A stretch of 64,000 nucleotides of DNA from Gemmatimonadota bacterium (GTDB lineage Bacteria; Gemmatimonadota; Gemmatimonadetes; Gemmatimonadales; Gemmatimonadaceae): the NCBI GenBank assembly GCA_040389905.1, contig JAZJZK010000012.1, positions 126,929-190,928 of the forward strand, given 5' to 3'. Below, one piece after another: positions 38,318-45,752 of the stretch. The notes under the pieces are model-generated. The model made no database searches, was not told where the DNA came from, and saw only the letters and a list, made by a program, of their open reading frames with translations. The translations under genes and the position numbers were made by a program. Numbering within the stretch: position 1 is the first letter of the stretch; each line of letters starts with the position of its first letter.

Positions 38318-39438
38318 CCTGCCCGCGGTGCCTGCGTACTGACGGCCGCGAAACCCACCGAACCCCCGGGCTTCTTGACCGTCGCGCCACGCCAGTCGAT
38401 CTCGATCGCTAGGGGCGCCGGCGCCGCGATCGAGGGGTGCTCCATCGTTACGACATACTCCCCCGACTTGTGCCGCGCGATGCGTTTGTAGTAATTGGCC
38501 GCCTGACGATGCGGCGGCTGGTCGTCGTCATCGTTGCTTGGAATCGGTTTGCTGGAGGAAACTAGCCGCGGCTTGATGTCGCCATATGTCTCGTAGAGAT
38601 CAGCAACATCCGAATCGGGCTTCGTCTCGGTGGTCCCCTTCTCCGGCCCGAGCGATTTGTAGCTGCTATGGTGCGGCAGCTTCACAATGTCCCATTTGAG
38701 CCGATCAATGCGGCCGTGGAACCTTGTGATCCGCACGAAGTCCGCGATGCACTCGTAGGTCGTGTCGCCCATGAGCATCGCGCGGGTCGTACCGCCACCG
38801 TCGCGAAAGGACGCTTGGAAGATAAGGCAGTTAGTGTTGCGGTCGTCAAACGTGCCGTCATCCTGCCGATGGGCGAATGGCGAGTGGACGAACATCTCCA
38901 GTCCTTTCGTGTTATTCGGCTCCCACCCAGGCACGTAGAGTCCAGCATCCGTGATAAGGTGCTGGCGCGAAGTGAGTGTGAGCCCCCTGCTGTTCAGCCA
39001 CGCTTCGAGCTTCGCAGGCCGAGAGAACACGCGAACGCGCTCGCCCTTCTCCAAGCGATAGCGCGCCTCGGCCCGGAGGATCTTCCCGTCTTCGCAAAGA
39101 TCCTCTTTCGTCTCCGTGATCGCCCACGCGGGCACCCAGAGCTCGTCGATTTTGATGCGGCCGTCACCCTGGTACTTGGAAGCATGTTCCAGCCAGAAGA
39201 ACGACGCAGCTCCGCATACGTGATCGTCGTCGAAGTGGGTGAAGGCAACGACGTCGAAGCGATCACGCCCCGCTGCCTTCAGGTCGGCGCGCAGTTCATC
39301 AGGCAATTTCGCGCGCTTGTCCGTCGGGTCTGTCGCGCACCGCATGTCCGCGTAGTCGAAGAGAAGCTTCTGCCCGCCGGGAAGGTCAACGCGGTATGTA
39401 TCCGCGTTGCCTAGAGGATACAGTGTGATCGTCGACAT
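38314..39438 (-). CDS. ComEC/Rec2-like metallo-beta-lactamase-fold hydrolase
   Basis: LGNAD, LFD, FTHFDDDHVCG, N-x-N-C-L, MGD, LPHHSS. GTGA overlap with the E2-E1-JAB gene. Ends in PRAG. Confidence 0.88.
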   Translation of the reverse strand: MSTITLYPLGNADTYRVDLPGGQKLLFDYADMRCATDPTDKRAKLPDELRADLKAAGRDRFDVVAFTHFDDDHVCGAASFFWLEHASKYQGDGRIKIDELWVPAWAITETKEDLCEDGKILRAEARYRLEKGERVRVFSRPAKLEAWLNSRGLTLTSRQHLITDAGLYVPGWEPNNTKGLEMFVHSPFAHRQDDGTFDDRNTNCLIFQASFRDGGGTTRAMLMGDTTYECIADFVRITRFHGRIDRLKWDIVKLPHHSSYKSLGPEKGTTETKPDSDVADLYETYGDIKPRLVSSSKPIPSNDDDDQPPHRQAANYYKRIARHKSGEYVVTMEHPSIAAPAPLAIEIDWRGATVKKPGGSVGFAAVSTQAPRAG

Positions 39439-39570
39439 TTGTGCACCTCCCTCTTAGTGAGGGAGCGCCGGGAGGAACGTCGGCGCCCCTATGACTTAAG
39501 TCTCGCTCGTTTCGAGAGTTGCCCCGCGACGGCCCCAAATAGAGGCGGCCGTTTGCACTTGGGCATGTCC

Positions 39571-40026
39571 TTACGTGCCTGACAGAAGTAGCGGCAGGCC
39601 CATTGGCGTCATGCCGTCGAGAACAAGGTGAGACGCGTAACCGGCCATTGACCCAAGAATCGCCGCTACCGCAAGCCGCCACAGACGCGCATTGAGCATC
39701 TCATTGCGCCACGCATCAGAATCCTTCGCGAGCGTCGCGGCACGCCGCTCGCACTGCGCTGCCTGGTCAAGACAATGGGCGTGGTGGCGAGCACGGGCGA
39801 GTGCACCGATGCCTGCGGCTGCCGCCAAGCTGTGTGCCGTGCTTCGATGACGTGGATTCAAAGCCGGCTCGATCAGGTCGGGGAGCAGTGCACTACCCGA
39901 TGCGCTCAGCGTGCATGCCAGGACATGTGCGAAGCGGTCCTTCTCTTCAAAGAGGGTCATCGTCGCGAGGCCAGTCACGAGGCCTGCGATGGCTCCAGCA
40001 GCAAGGTGAGTTTTCTTGTTGGGCAT
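39571..40026 (-). CDS. YdjM-like membrane-bound metal-dependent hydrolase
   Basis: KKTH, LLPDL, HRSTAHS, GYASHLVLD..TP.GLPL, plus hydrophobic helices. Confidence 0.85.
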   Translation of the reverse strand: MPNKKTHLAAGAIAGLVTGLATMTLFEEKDRFAHVLACTLSASGSALLPDLIEPALNPRHRSTAHSLAAAAGIGALARARHHAHCLDQAAQCERRAATLAKDSDAWRNEMLNARLWRLAVAAILGSMAGYASHLVLDGMTPMGLPLLLSGT

Positions 40027-40032
40027 AAGGAC

Positions 40033-40263
40033 TCAGCGACCCTGTGTGGCGACCACTAACCGCCAACGAATGGCGGAGCGGTTCGAGTGCTGATGATGGT
40101 TCTGGGGTGGTAGGGGGTTACCCTTGTTCGAGGCGACTTCGTGGGCGCACCCCTCGCATCGATAGATCCCCGAGTTGTCGGTGTTGGCCCCTGGTGTTTG
40201 AACGACATCGAACGCCGACGCCGTAGATTGCGACAAGTATCCAGAGTTCTTGTAGAGCGCCAT
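40033..40263 (-). CDS. Small Zn-ribbon protein (YjzC-like / 'protein L' type)
   Basis: PG....SGIYRCEGC.HE.....GNPLPPQNHHQH....IRWRLVV. Strong GGAGGAGAGG RBS. Confidence 0.85.
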   Translation of the reverse strand: MALYKNSGYLSQSTASAFDVVQTPGANTDNSGIYRCEGCAHEVASNKGNPLPPQNHHQHSNRSAIRWRLVVATQGR

Positions 40264-40310
40264 CCTCTCCTCCGTGAGTGGGCGCATCACCGAGATGGGC
40301 CCGTGCACGA

Positions 40311-40368
40311 AGGCTAAGTAGAGAGGGGCGGCAGGTCGTGGACGGAAGTTGGACGGAAATGGACCGCC
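40311..40368 (-). promoter_or_regulatory. Putative response-regulator-dependent promoter with tandem direct repeats
   Basis: TGGAC(GGAA) at 40339, 40350 and 40360 (10-11 bp period). A candidate -10 TAGCCT lies on the minus strand at 40316-40311; no consensus -35. Confidence 0.55.
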
Positions 40369-40375
40369 GTTTCCG

Positions 40376-41227
40376 TCAAATCAATGCGACTGTCGACGCC
40401 AGGACGCCAGAAAGGCGTGCAATTTCGGCGTGGCTGCGGCCCGCAAGCCAAGTCGTATTGATCTTCCCGATCGCAATTGCATCAGATAGAGCGTAGGTGC
40501 CGCCATCGTTCACGATGACAGTCGTCGGATCTTCGAAAGCAGCAAGTAGCACCTTTCGGAGTCGGTCAACCCGCTTATAGGCGATCTGCGCGTTGTTTCC
40601 GAAGTCGCTTAGTGCTACTGGCCGTCCATTCGCTCGCCCGAGCAGGAGATGCAGCAGCACACACAGCTCCGAATCCGTCAATTGGAAGTCGCGGCCGCCG
40701 AGTGTCAAGACGGTCCGCCCTTTTATTGACCGACCGGTGATCTCGAGAATGACCCCGACGGTCGTAGAGACGGTCGCGTCACCACACGAACCATGCTGCT
40801 CACGACCGCTCTTTCGGAGTGCCTCGCCCACTCTGCGAACGACATCCGCCTCGCTGTATGGCTTTTGGATGATATCGTCGGCCTCAAGCTTCATCAGCTC
40901 CACCGCTTCCTGCACTTCATTCGCGTGCCCACTGACAACGATTATCGGGAGCCAGACGGTTTGCATTCGGGGACTGCCGAAGCGTTTGCGAATATCGGCC
41001 AGCAACGAGATTCCGACATTCGCTCGACCTTTGATGTGCTGCGCGCTGCTGGGAATGCTGAGGTCGAGAAGTACCACGCAAGGCGTATGCGACTCCAAAA
41101 ACACGAGCGCTGCGTCGCGCGTCGCTGCGATGGTCGGATCACAGTCCATCGAACGGAGAATATCCGCGAGGTCCTCAGCGGTCGGCGGATGATCCTCAAC
41201 GATCAGTGCACAGTGAGGAGTGCTCAT
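40376..41227 (-). CDS. Response regulator, receiver plus OmpR-like winged HTH
   Basis: LIVEDH, VLLDL (phospho-Asp), IVVSG, IQKP. C-terminal LTDSELCVLLHL...RVDRLRK.L...GGTY. ATGA overlap with the kinase gene. Confidence 0.88.
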   Translation of the reverse strand: MSTPHCALIVEDHPPTAEDLADILRSMDCDPTIAATRDAALVFLESHTPCVVLLDLSIPSSAQHIKGRANVGISLLADIRKRFGSPRMQTVWLPIIVVSGHANEVQEAVELMKLEADDIIQKPYSEADVVRRVGEALRKSGREQHGSCGDATVSTTVGVILEITGRSIKGRTVLTLGGRDFQLTDSELCVLLHLLLGRANGRPVALSDFGNNAQIAYKRVDRLRKVLLAAFEDPTTVIVNDGGTYALSDAIAIGKINTTWLAGRSHAEIARLSGVLASTVALI

Positions 41228-42336
41228 CGAGTACCGCTGCGGAATTGTGGGACCGCGATGGCAATCAAGGTGCCGTCGCCCACCTTGCTCTCGATGTTAA
41301 GCGTCCCCTCATGCTCAGACTCGACGATCTTGATTGCGAGGGGAAGACCGACACCTGTACCCTGAGGCTTGCTCGAGCTGAACAGCGTGCGCGCATCAGC
41401 AAGCGCTTCGGGTATCATTCCGCAACCGCAATCGCGAACGCGAATAAGGATGGCGCCTTCGCATACTTCCGCGTCGATCTCGATCGGCCGACGGTCAATG
41501 AGTCCGCTGTACGCCTCAACAGCGTTGTGAAGCACATTCGATAACGCTTGGACAAATCGTGTTCGCGATACTACAAACTCAAGGGACGCGTCGACACGAT
41601 TCCTAATCTCCACCCGCATTGTCTCCGACACTCCGTCGGTCGTTCGAATCGCTTCGTCCAGGAGCCCGCGTACTCCTTCGCTCGAATACTCGAGATCAGG
41701 TAACGCTGCGTACTCGCGCATCGCATTGAGCACTGCATTCACTTGCTCAACGTCCTGTTCGACCCGACGGACCCTTTCAACCACGCGCGCGTCTGCCTCA
41801 GCGGCGAGAAGCTTGCGAAGTTCCTCGACTTCACGTTCCAGCGGCGTCAAGTACTTGATCACCTCATGGTACAGTTCGCGCGCGAACGTGTTCGTCATAT
41901 CGCTCGCCGCGCGATAGACCGCAGCGCGACCCTGCGCCCCGAAGCGTATGTAGATCGCCTCCAAGATGCCCTCAAGTCGCCGCTCGTGCTCACGACCGAG
42001 CAGGCCCGCCGCGCGCCAATCGCGCCGCCGTAAACTCGACGACTGCGCCGCCTGCTGTACCCGCGCATTCGCATCCGCTGCAAGGCGTGCAAGGAGCGCA
42101 TCCAAGCCAGCATGTCGACATTCTCCGGCCACGAGTGCGACCGCGCGCCGCACCTCCCATTTCTCGTGGGTGGCGAGGATCACAAGACTATCGACTATCG
42201 CTTGAGAATCGGCCGATCCGACGGGCTCGCGCTGTAGCCACACGCTGGCGGCGCGAATTCCCTGTTCGGTTTCCATCCAGGACACGGATCGAAGCCTCGC
42301 CAGAACCTCCTCGGCGCTTCCACGGTCAGTGACCAT
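41224..42336 (-). CDS. Cytoplasmic histidine kinase with N-terminal HEAT-like repeats
   Basis: KWEVRRAVA and DANARVQQAA (HEAT), LYHEV (H-box), NVLHNA, DCGCG, GTGVGL. No TM segment. Confidence 0.9.
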   Translation of the reverse strand: MVTDRGSAEEVLARLRSVSWMETEQGIRAASVWLQREPVGSADSQAIVDSLVILATHEKWEVRRAVALVAGECRHAGLDALLARLAADANARVQQAAQSSSLRRRDWRAAGLLGREHERRLEGILEAIYIRFGAQGRAAVYRAASDMTNTFARELYHEVIKYLTPLEREVEELRKLLAAEADARVVERVRRVEQDVEQVNAVLNAMREYAALPDLEYSSEGVRGLLDEAIRTTDGVSETMRVEIRNRVDASLEFVVSRTRFVQALSNVLHNAVEAYSGLIDRRPIEIDAEVCEGAILIRVRDCGCGMIPEALADARTLFSSSKPQGTGVGLPLAIKIVESEHEGTLNIESKVGDGTLIAIAVPQFRSGTR

Positions 42337-44200
42337 ACCTCTTCATGCGTTCGAGAAACGCCGAAGCACCGCCTTCGAGGATGCGCTCTACAGCTTCCTT
42401 GCATTCATCGACTGTACCGACCTCGGCCACTCTTGCTTGCTGTCCGTCCGAGTCGAACACAAAGATGCGATCAGCGTCACCAAGAACGGGAATGTTCGGG
42501 TTGTGCGTCACGAACACCACTTGGCGCGTCAATTTCACGGCTTTTAGTGCGCCAACCACGGTGTCGAACACGAACGCATTGTCGAGATTGTCCTCTGGTT
42601 GGTCAATCAGCAGAGGGCGATCGCTCTGCCTGAGAAGGATTGGAAGGACCACTGTACAGCGCTGACCCGTCGAGAGGTGGGACGATTCCTTGTACGTCTC
42701 ACCGTCGCGCAGTTCAATACACGGAACGTCCCCGAGGTCAATGGTTTGAAGATCGTACGCGGAGCCGCTTTCTCGGAGCGTGTCGATAATGCGTCGAGCA
42801 CGTTCGGCGTCAATGCCCGCGCGCTCGGCCAGTTCCTCCGTTGCTTCGGCAAACACGAGCGCTGCGAGTTCGGTGGGCAGCAGAGCAGTCACCAGTCTGT
42901 CAGCTGCTAACCCCTGTTTCATGCGCTGCCCTTTCAACTGTTCGGCAACGAATGCGCGATAGGCATCGAGGTTGGCCGTTTGTCGGATGGACACGCGTAG
43001 CGAAGGAACGTCGGCCGACAGTTGTGCCGCAATCGCCCTGCGACGATTGTACCGTTCGTCACGCGCCTCTGACAAACGGGCGAGCAGTTCGGAGCGAGCA
43101 TTAATCGCAGCATCTCGCACCGCTGTTCGGCCATTTAGCTCGCGCACGGCGGCCTGTGCCGTGGCCAACGCCGCCTGCAGTACGCCGCGTTCTCGTGCTT
43201 GCTCTGCATGCTCCTGCGATTCCGCAAGGATGGCAGCGTACTCTGCCTCTTGTGCCACATGCTGATTCGTCAGGAGTTGACGCTGTTCGTCGATTGTCCG
43301 TTCCAGCTGGGCAGCCGCAGTCGCCGCAGTATCGGCCGCACCACGCAACGCTTCCGCGAACATCTCAATATTTCGCTGAAAGGCGGCTACCAATGCTGCA
43401 TTCTCACCGACGAGCAGGTCATCATCAAAGGCAGCATTCGCCGTGTCGCGAAATGTTGTCTCTAGAGCGGTGATATCTCGTGTCGCCCGCTGAACAGCTA
43501 CGAGCCCAACTTCCGCTATACGCTCCTCGCGAATCCGCCTCGCCTTTGCTGTATGCGCGCGTGTCAGTCGCTCGCCGTCCGGACCATCCGGCTGCGTCAG
43601 ACCCCGAAGACGCTCTTCAATCCCCGCCACTTCCGCGGCCCGCGCACGTAATCCATAAATCTCGTCGTCCAAATGCAGCAATTGGGCGGCGGAAGCCTCC
43701 AGAGCTCGTCCGAGTTCTTCGAGTTCGCGAGCTAGTCGACGGTTTGCCGATTCATCGAAGCGGTCAAGCAATTGAAGCTGCGCTTCCGCGTTCGACGCGA
43801 TCTCTTCGATTTCATTTTGGCTAAACACGTCTGCGCTGAAGATTTCGTCGCGGTCGAGAGAGATAGGCACGATTTCGCCGAGCGCGCTCCGGACGGTAAT
43901 GCTATCGCCCTTTCCGCGTTCTGCGGAGTAGGAGATTCCTGCTTTGGTGTTGACGTCGATCGTCAGGCGACCGGAAGCCAAATTGCCATCTACGAGAGAC
44001 TCTAGGGCGCGCCGACGTTGCGGGTGGATCTTCTGATCAGGTAGTAGGCCCAGCGCGAACCTAAGAAACTCCAGGGCAGTCGTCTTGCCGGTGCCCCTTC
44101 CGCCGATAAAGCAGTTGAGACCGTCAGACAGATGTAGGTCCGCACCAGCGAGGAAGCCGCCGGCCACGCGCAAGCGGGTAATTCTATGATGTGAGGTCAT
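42326..44200 (-). CDS. Coiled-coil (SMC/RecN-like) ABC ATPase, TrlF/PHP-associated type without a PHP domain
   Basis: Walker A GGRGTGKT, FSQNEIE (Q-loop), long coiled coil, LSTGQR signature, LLIDQPEDNLD, VTHNP. Overlaps the kinase start by 11 bp. Confidence 0.9.
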   Translation of the reverse strand: MTSHHRITRLRVAGGFLAGADLHLSDGLNCFIGGRGTGKTTALEFLRFALGLLPDQKIHPQRRRALESLVDGNLASGRLTIDVNTKAGISYSAERGKGDSITVRSALGEIVPISLDRDEIFSADVFSQNEIEEIASNAEAQLQLLDRFDESANRRLARELEELGRALEASAAQLLHLDDEIYGLRARAAEVAGIEERLRGLTQPDGPDGERLTRAHTAKARRIREERIAEVGLVAVQRATRDITALETTFRDTANAAFDDDLLVGENAALVAAFQRNIEMFAEALRGAADTAATAAAQLERTIDEQRQLLTNQHVAQEAEYAAILAESQEHAEQARERGVLQAALATAQAAVRELNGRTAVRDAAINARSELLARLSEARDERYNRRRAIAAQLSADVPSLRVSIRQTANLDAYRAFVAEQLKGQRMKQGLAADRLVTALLPTELAALVFAEATEELAERAGIDAERARRIIDTLRESGSAYDLQTIDLGDVPCIELRDGETYKESSHLSTGQRCTVVLPILLRQSDRPLLIDQPEDNLDNAFVFDTVVGALKAVKLTRQVVFVTHNPNIPVLGDADRIFVFDSDGQQARVAEVGTVDECKEAVERILEGGASAFLERMKRYGH

Positions 44201-44854
44201 CAAAATCACTGGCGTGGCGATCGGGGCTGATCATGCGAGGCACGCTAACCTACGCCAGCGAGCCGCGTTGGCAAGGAGATTCACCGCGTTCACGAGGCGC
44301 GCGACGTACCACGGTGGGTAACACGGAGACAGCGGACGGCGACAACCGAAGCAAGGTCCGCTCGCTGTTCGTGCGACTCCGTCAAACCGGGCAGCAGCAG
44401 ACCAACGACATCGACGGGCCGTTACTGGACAACCATCATGTTGAGGCAACACCACCCGAGTGGCCAGTTCGGTCACTGCGCAAGCGGTAGTATACGCATA
44501 AGCGCCAGCGTGCGCGCGCTTCGGTGAGCGGAGCGCCGCAGATAGCGACGTTGGATTTGCACCACGCGCTGGCGCCAAGCATTCTTGTCCTTCGCTCATA
44601 CCCGACGAATGATGCGCGGAACTGGACGGTGAACATGCAGCGGTCTAGCGGAAACGCCCACGAGATTCAGGACCAGCTGTTGGTTCTGGGCCTTCTGCGA
44701 TTGACTTCCCGGATCGCGAGTGCCCATCAATGAAGAAACCGATACTGACCTGGACAACAAACTCTTGCCGTTTTTCTTCTTGTTGGCATGCGGTCATTGT
44801 GCCGAAGCCCGTAGCGCCCACGAAGGGTGACTAATCCACCGGGGTGTGCAGCTT

Positions 44855-45094
44855 CTACGGCCGCTTCGCCTTCGTCGCATTGAGCACAGCACAGAGTGCG
44901 GTGGCTTGCACCTCCGCATCCTCCTGCGTACGCTCTGTCCGCGTGCCATAATACACACGATGGATGAACCGGCTGACACGGTGCTGAATATTGATTGATC
45001 GATTGGCGATGTCCGGCACGACGCGCCATGGCCCTTTGCCGGGAGTGGTACAATCGAGGCGCTTGAGGTCAGGAATAGTCGCTTTTGCGGCCAT
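44855..45094 (-). CDS. Small hypothetical protein
   Basis: 79-aa ATG-started ORF with protein-like composition and no motif. Confidence 0.4.
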   Translation of the reverse strand: MAAKATIPDLKRLDCTTPGKGPWRVVPDIANRSINIQHRVSRFIHRVYYGTRTERTQEDAEVQATALCAVLNATKAKRP

Positions 45095-45369
45095 TTGGAC
45101 AACGGGTTCGGGGGAAGACGCATCACTTAGCGAATCTTAAGCGGTCCGCACCGGTCGGAGCAATTCCGTACACAGGCCTATCCGCCCTCACTCTGGGTTC
45201 GATGCACCTTCAGTCTCATCCGATCACGATCGATCACAGTCAGCCAGAAGGAGGTCGTCGTCAGGCCCTGTCGTCGGCCGGCATACTCCGAGGGTGACGC
45301 CTGACAACTCATCAGACGCCTCGCGTGCGGGCCTACCGGACGTCACGATTTCACCCTCTGGCAAGATGG

Positions 45370-45585
45370 CTAGCACTCATGCGCCGCCGGAGCCTGCACT
45401 ACCGCCTTCCCGGCGGCCCTCTTTGCCCAGTAGCCCCTGCCGGGCAACGGGATGTTCAGCTTTCGGCAGTTCTTTGCCAAAGCGACGTCGGATATGCCGT
45501 ATCGCTGGGCGAGTATTTGCATCGGCTCCGACCAGACTTGCTCATACAATTCCTCTCGACTGACTCTTCCGGCAGTGGCGTGCAT
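45370..45585 (-). pseudogene. Truncated HTH-like protein of a family common in integrative elements
   Basis: SREELYEQVWSEPMQILAQRYGISDVALAKNCRKLNIPLPGRGYWAK, followed by an early stop. Confidence 0.6.
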
Positions 45586-45752
45586 GTCTCGGACGTTGCG
45601 GTTGAGGGCGCATTCGATCGCTGTCTGCGAGTTTCCTGACGTTTCTTCTCGGCTCCCAACTGCTTACTCACCAATAAGCCTGAACGCATCAGTCCATCGT
45701 CCTACACCGCTTTCGCACACAACCTCCTCAGGTCACCCGACTGCAGCAGGAG

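Noticed and set aside
34333..39438. Calling the E2-E1-JAB plus patatin genes a CBASS or Pycsar system
   Set aside because: No CD-NTase or cyclase motifs were seen in the window. The gene upstream of the fusion is an MBL hydrolase.
42326..44200. Calling the ATPase RecN/SbcC, Wadjet JetC, Lamassu LmuB or Ppl
   Set aside because: The expected partners (SbcD, JetABD, LmuA/C, fused PHP) are absent. Its neighbours are a kinase and a regulator.
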